Source of the DNA: a virus | Length of the DNA stretch: 64,000 nt | Virus record (IMG/VR): IMGVR_UViG_3300014914_000004 | Span: 14,678 to 78,677 of that record | Direction: 5' to 3' (one strand) | In this document: one piece after another, positions 1 through 8,730 of the stretch | Layout: the number at the start of each line of letters is the position of its first letter | How positions within the stretch are numbered: the first letter of the stretch is position 1 | Translations under genes and position numbers: made by a program | Notes under the pieces: generated by a model | Seen by the model: only the letters and a program-made list of their open reading frames with translations | Told to the model about the DNA's origin: nothing | Database searches by the model: none

Positions 1-260
1 CCGGCTTCCTAATTAAGATATGTGTATGGCGACTTACAGGGCGTCGTATAGTGAATCCATTACATAAAAAAGGCGAGTTATTCTGCTCGGAATTCGCCGT
101 CGAATACTTACAGAAAGTTGCTGGGATGTATTCCTGGATGAAGATGGTTAAGCCTTCCGGCGTAGCTCCTGGAGGACTAAGCTCTAGTCTGGGCGTCCCC
201 TCTCTTAAAGAAATGCTGCAAACACACGATGAGGTGTCTAGGGTAGATTGCCCTTGGTAG
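1..260 (+). CDS. Permuted papain-like (NlpC/P60, YiiX-like) protein, C-terminal part; truncated by the window edge
   Basis: Frame is open from position 3; LFCSEF motif is typical of the permuted papain-like catalytic Cys. Confidence 0.55.
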   Translation, partial: GFLIKICVWRLTGRRIVNPLHKKGELFCSEFAVEYLQKVAGMYSWMKMVKPSGVAPGGLSSSLGVPSLKEMLQTHDEVSRVDCPW

Positions 261-269
261 GAGGACAGT

Positions 270-812
270 ATGGTACAGGGGAGCTCGTCAGTCCCTCCCG
301 GCGCTAAGAGGTCCAGTACTTCTTTGTACCGGGACTCGTTAAAGGACAAAGCGAATAAAGAATGGGTGGAGGTAATAGTGGAAGCGTTAAAAGAGGATAT
401 TGTCGAGACTAAAAAGATCGCAATAAGCGGGAAGCGTAAGGCTGACCAGCCACATAGCTGCCTGCATGAGGATGATATCAAGGGTCTCGCCAAAGCGGTT
501 AATGGCTGGAAGACTCTGAAGTTTGGCGCTGCAATTGGGTTTGTGGTTATCCTGGCAGGAGCCATAGCGCAATATTACGCTCTGACAGATAAGACGGAAG
601 ACACTGCGCAGGACGTTAAGCAGGTAACGGAGTCTGTAGAGATAATCAAAGGTGAGGTGCAGGCTGTAGCGGGAGCCATGGACGAGCATCTCGAGCAGTA
701 TGAAGAACAGAAGCGCACAGCCGACATTGAGAAGGCAGTTGAGCTCCAGGCTATATCAGACATTGTACGTGCTGCCATAGAAGAAACCTCCTCCCGAAGA
801 CGCCCTAAGTAG
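270..812 (+). CDS. Single-pass membrane protein with coiled coil (possibly lysis-related)
   Basis: GGAGG SD; hydrophobic FGAAIGFVVILAGAIAQYYAL followed by a heptad-rich tail. Confidence 0.55.
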   Translation: MVQGSSSVPPGAKRSSTSLYRDSLKDKANKEWVEVIVEALKEDIVETKKIAISGKRKADQPHSCLHEDDIKGLAKAVNGWKTLKFGAAIGFVVILAGAIAQYYALTDKTEDTAQDVKQVTESVEIIKGEVQAVAGAMDEHLEQYEEQKRTADIEKAVELQAISDIVRAAIEETSSRRRPK

Positions 813-814
813 CG

Positions 815-1171
815 ATGTACCAGTATAGAGCAGAGGTAGTGTACGTTGTTGATGGAGACACTATTGACGTTGCAGTAGACCTGGGGTTCAAACACACCCA
901 GGAAATGCGGTTACGCCTCGCAGGAATAGATACCTGGGAGCTACGAGGAGAAGAGCGTGCGAAGGGGCTAGTGGCGAAGGAGTACGTACTGGAGACCTTC
1001 GCGAATATGGACCCTGAAGATTACGTGGTAATCCGCACGAAAAAAGATAAGCAGGGGAAGTATGGAAGATATATCGCTACTGTCCTTATTATGGGTAGGG
1101 ATGATACTGAACTACTTAACCTCAACGATGCTCTAGTAGAGGAGGGCCATGCCAGGAGAGTGCCCTGGTGA
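815..1171 (+). CDS. Thermonuclease (SNase-like) family nuclease
   Basis: VVDGDTIDV, RLAGIDTWE, GKYGRYIA and LNDALVEEGHA motifs. Confidence 0.9.
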   Translation: MYQYRAEVVYVVDGDTIDVAVDLGFKHTQEMRLRLAGIDTWELRGEERAKGLVAKEYVLETFANMDPEDYVVIRTKKDKQGKYGRYIATVLIMGRDDTELLNLNDALVEEGHARRVPW

Positions 1172-1278
1172 CCCTTTGGGATAAAGTACTTCGAGTGGTA
1201 ACTGTCTTCACATTCACAGTGGTGATCGTTTTTTTGTTTTTCTGGGTCTCATTTCTGCTAGACTGTTTCTACGTATAA
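1168..1278 (+). CDS. 36-aa membrane peptide (absent from the ORF track)
   Basis: GTGA overlap with the nuclease stop; AGGAG upstream; translates to MTLWDKVLRVVTVFTFTVVIVFLFFWVSFLLDCFYV. Confidence 0.5.
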   Translation: MTLWDKVLRVVTVFTFTVVIVFLFFWVSFLLDCFYV

Positions 1279-1296
1279 TTGGGAGGAGGAGCGGCC

Positions 1297-2274
1297 ATGC
1301 CTTTCGAGTCCAAAGCACAGCAACGCTGGATGTTCGCTAAGCATCCTGCGATGGCAAAAGAGTGGGCGGCCCATACTCCTGGTATAAAGAAGCTACCGGA
1401 GAAGAAGATGAAGAAAAAGAACTCAGGGACCCGGAAAGTAGGAATGCTTGCAGCGCAGGAGCCTAACCTAGGTACTCCAGATCCTACAGGCGGGACTCAG
1501 ATGTCCACCACTGCAGCACAGATGAGTAATGCACAGAACCTTACTCCCAAGCTGACAGTACCTAAGCCTCCGGAGCAGGCCAGCGGCGGCACACTAGGAA
1601 AGCAGAGTATGGCGGCATCTCCTGCACGCAACACTTCTACGATCCCATTTAGAGAAGACGGCAGCGCCCCTGCTATACCTGATGGTACAAATAACGAGAT
1701 GAATGTGTTGGAAGGGGAGACGTCTGCGTTTGATTCTGACGACAGACTGGAGAACGATTATAGTCTGGAGACTATGGGGTATTCTACTCCAGCACTTCCA
1801 AATGCGGAGGGAGAACACGCGATGCGTACCACTACAAAAGTAAGTAATGAGCTGGAAGGCTTGCTCAATCATCTGGGAGCCACAGAAGAGAAGACTGCAG
1901 GGATCAGCCCTAAGATGGTTAAGTCTCTGATCTCTTCAGGATCATCTCTAAGTACTTTCCACGATCACGAAAAGGAAAGAAAGTCTCGCCGTAAGAAGGG
2001 AATGCTCACAAAAGTTTCCGAAGGGTCTGGCCCGATGGATGAGATGAAAGCGCAGCATATGACAGAAGCGCACGAGCAGAAGATGCGCCATAACGAAGAG
2101 ATACATCAGCTTAAAATACAGAATATGGGGCAGTCACAACAGGCCGGAGCCGAAGAAGGCGTGGAGGAACTTCCTCCTCCCCCAGCACCCCTCGAGCCTG
2201 AGCATGAGCAATCAGTGCTGCAAACTGCCCTTCAGAACCTGAAGGACAAGCAAGTACAGATGGGTCCTTTGTAA
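1297..2274 (+). CDS. Hypothetical phage protein, largely disordered, possibly an internal head protein
   Basis: TATAAT and GGAGGAGG before ATG 1297; N-terminal MPFESKAQQRWMFAKHP module common in phage ORFs; K-x-[AGS] motifs. Confidence 0.6.
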   Translation: MPFESKAQQRWMFAKHPAMAKEWAAHTPGIKKLPEKKMKKKNSGTRKVGMLAAQEPNLGTPDPTGGTQMSTTAAQMSNAQNLTPKLTVPKPPEQASGGTLGKQSMAASPARNTSTIPFREDGSAPAIPDGTNNEMNVLEGETSAFDSDDRLENDYSLETMGYSTPALPNAEGEHAMRTTTKVSNELEGLLNHLGATEEKTAGISPKMVKSLISSGSSLSTFHDHEKERKSRRKKGMLTKVSEGSGPMDEMKAQHMTEAHEQKMRHNEEIHQLKIQNMGQSQQAGAEEGVEELPPPPAPLEPEHEQSVLQTALQNLKDKQVQMGPL

Positions 2275-2422
2275 CGTTTTTTTCCTAGACATTTTCTCTT
2301 TACCCCGTAAACTTACGTACAAGTCACACCCTCGACCGTCGCTAATTGGCACTAAGTTGTTCAGATGCAGAAAAGAAAAAACTTAGCTGGCGCGGTCGTT
2401 TGTCTTTTGTTATGGTACGACA

Positions 2423-2707
2423 ATGGATATCAAACTTGAGTTTGAACACATCCCTGCGTATGTCTTGGATTACGTGAAGAATCAGGCCGAGGCGTACATA
2501 GACGCAGAACCTGAGGCCTCAGATAAGCTGGGGCTCCCTCTTCTCATAGACGATATACTGTTTGCCATTGAAGAGCACGCAGGCTACCCGGAAGAGCAGA
2601 TTGCCCACTTGTTTGTGCTCTGGACTAACCTAACCTCTGCTATCGCTCGACTGGATATTCTGGTTGCCGCACGTAAACAACGCGGAAACGCGGGTATAAG
2701 TGGATAA
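2423..2707 (+). CDS. Hypothetical protein
   Basis: 94-aa ORF overlapping the next gene. Confidence 0.55.
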   Translation: MDIKLEFEHIPAYVLDYVKNQAEAYIDAEPEASDKLGLPLLIDDILFAIEEHAGYPEEQIAHLFVLWTNLTSAIARLDILVAARKQRGNAGISG

Positions 2708-3044
2708 CGTAAGGAGGAATATTGTGTCGCAGAAAAAAATTAAGAAGGACATAAAAGAGCTGGTGGAGAAGCTAGAAGTAAGCGCTCCTCAGCTGCTGGA
2801 GATGATTCAACAACAGACTGTTACCAACATGCATTTGAAAATCCTGAATGACGCGTTGATACGTGAAGTCATGAAGGGGTTTGATAGCATAACGGAACGG
2901 TTGTGTGCTCTCGAAGACAAGGCCTTTGGAGAGAACAAAGGGGCCTTCAAGCTCGAGGATACATATCAGAAAGAGATGCAGGTCAGTCCGGAAGAGGCTG
3001 CAGACCTGCGAGCAAAACTCAAGAAGTACAAGGAGACATCTTAA
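2700..3044 (+). CDS. Hypothetical coiled-coil protein
   Basis: ORF coupled to the next gene by TAATG overlap. Confidence 0.55.
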   Translation: MDNVRRNIVSQKKIKKDIKELVEKLEVSAPQLLEMIQQQTVTNMHLKILNDALIREVMKGFDSITERLCALEDKAFGENKGAFKLEDTYQKEMQVSPEEAADLRAKLKKYKETS

Positions 3045-3280
3045 TGTACCGATGTAACTACTGTAAGAAAAGTGCACCACTTAGGCAGTCGAGACTGCTC
3101 GTGACGGAGTACCGTCAGGTCGGAAACGCAGATAACCCACGCAAGGAGATCGCAAAAGAGACTCCTGCGTGCGAGGAATGTCATGCTCGAGAGTCTGCGC
3201 TTCCATCTCCCAGCCAGTTGACCTATAATCTGGAGAGTGTCTTAGGACACGTAGCTGTTACGCTACAGGCCGCAGATTAG
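3044..3280 (+). CDS. Small zinc-ribbon protein
   Basis: AGGAG SD, ATG 3044; CNYC and CEEC pairs. Confidence 0.65.
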   Translation: MYRCNYCKKSAPLRQSRLLVTEYRQVGNADNPRKEIAKETPACEECHARESALPSPSQLTYNLESVLGHVAVTLQAAD

Positions 3281-3291
3281 AAGGAGAAGCT

Positions 3292-3621
3292 ATGGATCTC
3301 AACCGTATATTAGAGGCAGGTATTGCTGATTTAGAGAAGCGCGCAGAGGCATTGGCTCCTGAGTCTCCCGATGAGCATCCCTTGGTAACACAGTACCGAG
3401 ATGTGGTTCGAGGCGGAGAGATCGGAGGAACGGGACTGGGTGCATTAGGCGGTATAGGTCTTGGTCTGTTGGGACGTAAGGCGTTTGGGCAAGGCGTGAT
3501 GCTACCATTCCTGGGAGGGTCTCTAGGAGGCTTGGCAGGTAAGCAGCTGGGACGCTCAGGCGGTGAGCAGGTAGGTGCGAAGATCCTCAGCGAGCAGACG
3601 GGGGTTCCTTGGGAAGTGTAG
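3292..3621 (+). CDS. Glycine-zipper membrane or virion protein
   Basis: AAGGAG SD; GxxxG repeats; LEKRA motif. Confidence 0.6.
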   Translation: MDLNRILEAGIADLEKRAEALAPESPDEHPLVTQYRDVVRGGEIGGTGLGALGGIGLGLLGRKAFGQGVMLPFLGGSLGGLAGKQLGRSGGEQVGAKILSEQTGVPWEV

Positions 3622-4156
3622 AGAGCTTACGGTAGAACCATTTCTTGATCTGTTTCTTTAGTACCCATGTCCACAAGTAGCGTGGCCCACTCAGACTGTC
3701 GACGTAGTAGTCTATGTTTAGAGGTAGTCCTATGTACCTCCGTGCCTTACAGGTCTCAAGGTAGGCACTACGTTCAAGACGGTATCTGAACCATGCGAAG
3801 CAGATAGGGATAGGGACCAGACAGTAAAGGAGCAAGAAGACCGCTACCCCCAAGGGAACACACCCCAATCCCAGTTTTCGGTACTGGACTACATGTACGA
3901 GCTCGTGCCGCAGTATAGTGTAGCTCAGCGCAGCGTCGGTTTTGAAGTCCCAGTCTAGCGGGAAGTAGATGCTGGTACCGAAAGTAATTGTGTAGTTCTT
4001 CAGGAAGTCACCTGCTTTCCCAAAGGTGACAATTTTAAACAGGACGGCCAGGAATTTCCAGAATCTATAATACCTCTTTTTAGTGTAGATATTGATGTTG
4101 TATTTTTGGCGCGCATCTTTTATCAGTGAGTCTAGTAGTTCTGAAGCGTTCTTCAT
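3587..4156 (-). CDS. HExxH zinc metallopeptidase-like membrane protein
   Basis: TITFGTSIY, LRHELVHVVQY, hydrophobic segment, then E-x-x-AY; GGAGG SD. Confidence 0.7.
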   Translation of the reverse strand: MKNASELLDSLIKDARQKYNINIYTKKRYYRFWKFLAVLFKIVTFGKAGDFLKNYTITFGTSIYFPLDWDFKTDAALSYTILRHELVHVVQYRKLGLGCVPLGVAVFLLLYCLVPIPICFAWFRYRLERSAYLETCKARRYIGLPLNIDYYVDSLSGPRYLWTWVLKKQIKKWFYRKLSTLPKEPPSAR

Positions 4157-4218
4157 ATGCTGTCCTCCGGTAACCAATTATAGTTGGTTTAAGGGCAGGA
4201 ATATAGAGAGGAAAAAAC

Positions 4219-5199
4219 ATGTATCGAATTTTAATGCACAAGGACAGTGATGGGTACTGTTCTGCAGGTATCGTGTACAGGTACCTGAAGGAAAAAGAAG
4301 TGCCGGACACTCAAATTTACTTCCACGGCATCAACTATGGAATGCCTGTCCCGGAAGAAATCAACTACGAGAAAGACACAGTGTATATGGTGGACTTCTC
4401 GCTCCAACCTGCTGATGTGATGTTGGAGTTTGCGGAGAAACTCGGAGACAGGTTCATACACATTGACCACCATCAATCCTCTGTGGACATGGAGGAGGAA
4501 GTCCCTGCATTGCAGCGTGTACCTGGAATACGCCAAGTACATTATCACGGAGACAAGGAGTCTTCGTTGATCTCCGGGGCAGAGCTGACATGGTTCTACC
4601 TCTACCAAAAGCATTCGCACCCTCCTGCAGTACAGCTTGTTGGTGAGTGGGATACCTGGAGATACACAGGCAAATCTGAAGAGCGCCAAGAGGATGTAAC
4701 TGCGTTTCAGTACTACCTCCAAAGCGTGAATTCAAATCCTGCACACAGAGATGGGCGGCGCTTCTGGTACAATATTCTGGGAGGAGCAGGAGATGCTGAT
4801 CTGAGTATTCCCAGAGAGGGGCTCACGTCAGGTAGAGCCCTCATGGCCTATCAGCACAAGCAGTGGAAGAGTGTGTTGGGAAACAAAGGCTTTACTGCTG
4901 ATTTTCAGGGACTCACGGCTGTCATGGTGAACCAGCAGGGTAACTCTACGATGTTCAAGGGGTTCTTCGACCCTGAGGAGCACGACATCATGGTAACGTA
5001 CCAGGAGGTGCATGGAGAGTACCTCACGGTTAGCATGTACACACCGAAGACGGACATCTTGAATTTGGGGGTTCTCGCCAAGAAGATAGGCGAGGCAGGT
5101 GACCGTCCCTCAGGTGGAGGGCATGCCGGCGCAGCTGGATTCCAATGCGGCTGGGAGTACTTCAAGACGCTGTACGACGTAATAGGTAATTTCGGGTAG
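4219..5199 (+). CDS. DHH/DHHA1 family phosphoesterase
   Basis: HKDSDG, MVDFS, IDHH and SGGGHAGAAGF motifs. Confidence 0.9.
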   Translation: MYRILMHKDSDGYCSAGIVYRYLKEKEVPDTQIYFHGINYGMPVPEEINYEKDTVYMVDFSLQPADVMLEFAEKLGDRFIHIDHHQSSVDMEEEVPALQRVPGIRQVHYHGDKESSLISGAELTWFYLYQKHSHPPAVQLVGEWDTWRYTGKSEERQEDVTAFQYYLQSVNSNPAHRDGRRFWYNILGGAGDADLSIPREGLTSGRALMAYQHKQWKSVLGNKGFTADFQGLTAVMVNQQGNSTMFKGFFDPEEHDIMVTYQEVHGEYLTVSMYTPKTDILNLGVLAKKIGEAGDRPSGGGHAGAAGFQCGWEYFKTLYDVIGNFG

Positions 5200-5288
5200 A
5201 AAAAATAAGTAAGTAATACCCTCCCCCTAAGACTGAGGCGCTATCCATAAAAATGGCTGCCGGTGAAGTTTAGAAAAGGGGGAGGGGG

Positions 5289-5621
5289 TTACTCGTCTTC
5301 TTTGTCCTGTGGGAGCAGGTCTTTTATTTTGGTTGGAGCAGTAGCTACGTTACCTACTAGCGCAAAGCCTCTTACTGCAATATCTGCTGCAGCCTGTTTC
5401 CCCATGAACCACATCGTAGATACTCCCATCATAAAGACGATGCCCACCATGAACGCAGAGAGTTGCCAGCCCATTTCAGGCTGCTTGATGAGGGCAGTGA
5501 CGGCCATCCCTGTCATTAGCAGTTGCTGTATGAGCCATGCCATAAATTTCTTACTTACGAGAGGGTGCTTCTCCACCTGGCTGAGAAGTGTCTTCTTGTG
5601 TTCAAACTCTTTGTCAGTCAT
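5289..5621 (-). CDS. Two-TM holin-like membrane protein
   Basis: SKKF followed by two hydrophobic helices and a charged C-terminus. Confidence 0.5.
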   Translation of the reverse strand: MTDKEFEHKKTLLSQVEKHPLVSKKFMAWLIQQLLMTGMAVTALIKQPEMGWQLSAFMVGIVFMMGVSTMWFMGKQAAADIAVRGFALVGNVATAPTKIKDLLPQDKEDE

Positions 5622-6300
5622 CAGAAACTTCTTTCCGGCGCATTAATTTCTCAGCGATCTCCTGCCGAGTTTTGCGCACGATAGTACGCCCCTTGCACTC
5701 GTTACATTTCAAGTCCACCTGCTCGACCTTACCTTCTTCTTCATCTATTTGATAAGAGCGTCCTTCGGTATTCAACCCGAACTTCTCTACAGCGATGCCC
5801 CACCGTTTGGCAGTAAGCTCGTGGAGCTGCCTGATCTTGTCTCCGAGTTGAGTGTTAAGCTCTTCAATCTCAGTTTGTACCTTGTGCAGGTTGTTGTGTG
5901 CTTTGCTCAGGTCCTCATCTTCCGCAAAGATTGCTGCGGTGCGAGTACTCAAGTGCTGAATGCACGTCTTTTCTGCTCGGAAGCTTCGGGCTATCGCCAA
6001 TGCCAAAGCCTCAATGAGATCGTCTTCCCCCTCTTCTACGAGAGGCATCTCCATGACCTTAGTCATCAGCTCTTCTAAGCGTTTAGCATCGTTGGCCAGC
6101 TCACACCCTACCAGACCACGGAGGATCTTGTTCCCCTGAGGGCCAGGGGGGAGAGGGTTGAATCTGGAGCGATCCTGAGGCTTCTCCGCACCTGGAGGCC
6201 CTTGCTGTTGCGCCGCATGTTGCATTTGCTGCATTGCATGCGGAGGGATTGCTCCGGGGGGTGGCATCATTGGTAGTCCTTCACGGTTAGATTTTCTCAT
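5614..6300 (-). CDS. Hypothetical coiled-coil protein with Pro/Gln-rich N-terminus and CxxC
   Basis: ORF in an overlapping - strand operon. Confidence 0.6.
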   Translation of the reverse strand: MRKSNREGLPMMPPPGAIPPHAMQQMQHAAQQQGPPGAEKPQDRSRFNPLPPGPQGNKILRGLVGCELANDAKRLEELMTKVMEMPLVEEGEDDLIEALALAIARSFRAEKTCIQHLSTRTAAIFAEDEDLSKAHNNLHKVQTEIEELNTQLGDKIRQLHELTAKRWGIAVEKFGLNTEGRSYQIDEEEGKVEQVDLKCNECKGRTIVRKTRQEIAEKLMRRKEVSDD

Positions 6301-6706
6301 CTGCGTCCTCCACTGCGGTCAGTAAGACCTTTTCATAGATAGTATGGTCCTCACTACTAAATAAGGGAGTAGTGTGTTCTATTATAAAAGAAGTGTCTGT
6401 AACTATTATGTCTTTCGCGTAAGAGTAAGGGGACCATCCGTAGTACTCGTTGAATACAAGAGCAGTGATGTGCTTCTGGATTCCTCGAACTCTAATACGC
6501 ATCTTAGGAAACAAGGGGATAACCGTAGTAGTTCTACCGAGTGACCATTTACGGCTGACATTCTCTACTTTAGATGTACCTTCAGTCAGACCTACGATAG
6601 TGCCTTGAGGTCCTATAACCTGGATGATTATGGACTCACCTAAGGGCGTGTCGTCAGGTGCCTCGAAGATCTCTCCTGGGAGTGGGTCTATGGGGGGGGT
6701 TAACAT
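6287..6706 (-). CDS. Hypothetical protein
   Basis: ORF overlapping both neighbours. Confidence 0.55.
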   Translation of the reverse strand: MLTPPIDPLPGEIFEAPDDTPLGESIIIQVIGPQGTIVGLTEGTSKVENVSRKWSLGRTTTVIPLFPKMRIRVRGIQKHITALVFNEYYGWSPYSYAKDIIVTDTSFIIEHTTPLFSSEDHTIYEKVLLTAVEDADEKI

Positions 6707-7299
6707 CGGTCATCCTCCAGCTGTACGAGAATGTCGTCGACCTTTGCATACAAGTCGTCTAGTGACCCGTCATTCTTAATTGTAGTGTGTAGAAGCGTAA
6801 GTGGGATCTCGTTGACAGCCAGCTCACTAGGGTGGTTGGCTGCGTCTTTGTCGAAGGTATGCGCGTAGTTGTCTGGGCGCTCTACTTTAATCGTACATCC
6901 GAGCAGGTCATCCCGGATTGCGATAGCCTCATTTTGAAAGCGCACGTCAGTCACTACTATAGAAGCGTCTTTACAGGTACAGGGCAGTAGTCCGAGAGGG
7001 TCGATGCCTGTCTCACGAAAAATAAGGATTCGCTGCAGGAGGTGGTGAACCCACACATCAGGGTCATGCTTTCGGGCCACGTTAGTTCCAAGCTCTTGTA
7101 GTAGTTTGCGCGCAACGGGAGAACGTTCTTCGCTAGGACCCCACAACTCATCTTTGGTCATTGTACCTGGGAACATCTGGAGGATGAAGTATTTCAGTTG
7201 ATCCGCGAAGGCCATTGTGATGCCTTCCCACCTATCGCAAATAATGTCTCCTACGGTATTCTTCCCTGAGTTGATCTGGCCTGCGATACCTATGATCAT
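6700..7299 (-). CDS. Deoxynucleoside monophosphate kinase (T4 gp1-like)
   Basis: IIGIAGQINSGKNT P-loop, FADQLK, RKLLQELGT, VTDVRFQNE, HPSE, IKNDGS. Confidence 0.9.
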   Translation of the reverse strand: MIIGIAGQINSGKNTVGDIICDRWEGITMAFADQLKYFILQMFPGTMTKDELWGPSEERSPVARKLLQELGTNVARKHDPDVWVHHLLQRILIFRETGIDPLGLLPCTCKDASIVVTDVRFQNEAIAIRDDLLGCTIKVERPDNYAHTFDKDAANHPSELAVNEIPLTLLHTTIKNDGSLDDLYAKVDDILVQLEDDRC

Positions 7300-7598
7300 T
7301 GCTTCTCTTCTTTCTCTTCAGGGAGATCGATAGGGTCTGAAATGTCTACTTGCTCCTGTGACGTATGCAGGATGATGTCATCAATATTGATCAGGAGGCT
7401 CCGCTTACCTGCGTGGTTTACGGCGTATACGGGTATCTTGCCGGCATCAACTTCAAGGTCAATGCTGATACGGCTATCTGTAGTGGGAGGCAGACTCTCT
7501 TCCCAGGCTCCATCTGCCATCAGGATGCCTCCTGAGTTAGTCTCGATGTACCCAACAAGGGTAGGCTTCTCAGTGAATATGTCAGTGCTATTCTGCAT
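7296..7598 (-). CDS. Hypothetical acidic protein
   Basis: AGGAG SD before ATG 7598; ATGA overlap with the kinase. Confidence 0.6.
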   Translation of the reverse strand: MQNSTDIFTEKPTLVGYIETNSGGILMADGAWEESLPPTTDSRISIDLEVDAGKIPVYAVNHAGKRSLLINIDDIILHTSQEQVDISDPIDLPEEKEEKQ

Positions 7599-7660
7599 CT
7601 TAATGCTCCTGTGCGTGGTTGAATATGACGGTAACAGAGATTGCATTAATTAGAAAGAGC

Positions 7661-7692
7661 AAAAAAAAGAGCCCCTACAAATGTAGAGGCTC
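7661..7692 (-). terminator. Intrinsic terminator
   Basis: GAGCCTCTACA/TGTAGGGGCTC stem followed by T8 on the - strand. Confidence 0.85.
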
Positions 7693-7697
7693 CTCCC

Positions 7698-7820
7698 ATC
7701 ACTGACTGATTTTAGCACTGTTGCTCGCGGGCCCAGAGCTGGCAGTGGCGCCCCCCGCGGAGCGGGGAGAAACCTGTGGTGCGTAGTTACTACGCGGCTT
7801 CCAGGGAAGTACTCAGTGAT
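7698..7820 (-). ncRNA. Putative retron-like msr-msd RNA, copy 1
   Basis: 8-bp terminal IR ATCACTGA/TCAGTGAT; unpaired G at 7812; SL1 CTTC-CCTG-GAAG; SL2 GCGTA-GTAAC-TACGC; two further hairpins; directly followed by a terminator. Confidence 0.65.
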
Positions 7821-8662
7821 TATTTGTATCTTAGATGTCTGACTTCGGGAAAGGCGCTCATAATTCCGCGCATTATTTTGCGGTAATACCATTGATGTTG
7901 TTTAGATCCGGGCCAATGGTAGGACGGTCTGCGTGTGTTATACATTTTTCCACGGTAAGTCATGGCTTCAAATACCTTAGTGATGCCAGGGGTGAGTGTG
8001 AGATACGCACGGATTTCATCCCATGACATGTCCCCAAGGTACACAACTATCTGCCCAGGTCCCAGGTCGGCTTTCCTGCGCTTGAACCCTTTGTGCTGAA
8101 TCGCTTTCTGTATCTCAGGTAAGCTATGGCTCAGGGTGTTAGGTTTGCGGACTAAGATGCCTTTCTTGTAAGCGTATATGCGAGGGTAGGGACCTACGGC
8201 ACAGCGGTCGAGCCGAGATTCGTTCTGCATGATTCCGAGAGCTTCTCGAATGTCATGCTTCACAAGCTTCTTGTTGCGTAGCTGGTACTCAGGGATAGCG
8301 TCATGAGCGTCATTTATTGCGACGGCCCAATCGAGTGCGGCACCCTCCAGCTCATCTTGTTTGTATTTCACCCCACACTCGAACCAGATGCCATGGCTCT
8401 TTAGCTTAAGGATCCTTCTGGCCAGTTCAACGTCATCTGCGTTAAATTCCGGGAGAGGGGCAGCTTCGACCAGAACAGTTGGTTCCAAGTCTGGGGTAGG
8501 TGTTGGGGTTGGTTCAGATTCTTCTGGAACAGTTTCAGTTGCAGGTACCTCTGTCTCTGCTGTAATGTTTTCAGGCTGCACGTCGACTGCAGGGTTTAAG
8601 GCAGCCACGTGGATGAAACCTCCCAGCAGTAGGCCTACGGACAAAAGAATTACAGTACGCAT
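7820..8662 (-). CDS. Secreted or membrane-anchored lytic transglycosylase-like (lysozyme fold) protein
   Basis: N-terminal signal-like segment, Pro/Thr/Glu linker, GIMQNES and DLGPGQI resembling the SLT ES and GxxQ motifs. Confidence 0.55.
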   Translation of the reverse strand: MRTVILLSVGLLLGGFIHVAALNPAVDVQPENITAETEVPATETVPEESEPTPTPTPDLEPTVLVEAAPLPEFNADDVELARRILKLKSHGIWFECGVKYKQDELEGAALDWAVAINDAHDAIPEYQLRNKKLVKHDIREALGIMQNESRLDRCAVGPYPRIYAYKKGILVRKPNTLSHSLPEIQKAIQHKGFKRRKADLGPGQIVVYLGDMSWDEIRAYLTLTPGITKVFEAMTYRGKMYNTRRPSYHWPGSKQHQWYYRKIMRGIMSAFPEVRHLRYK

Positions 8663-8730
8663 GCATTAAACCTCCAAGGTTTGATAAGGGTCTGTACTTA
8701 TCGAGTAAGTAATTATAGGAGATAAGGGCT

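Noticed and set aside
7698-7820. tRNA or hammerhead ribozyme
   Set aside because: The fold is multi-armed but has no TTC T-loop, anticodon arm or CCA, and no CUGANGA/GAAA core.
7650-7892. 80-aa and 112-aa ORFs across the two structured elements (7650-7892 and 58728-59066)
   Set aside because: They overlap real genes and a terminator, lack an SD, and the sequence is better explained by RNA structure.
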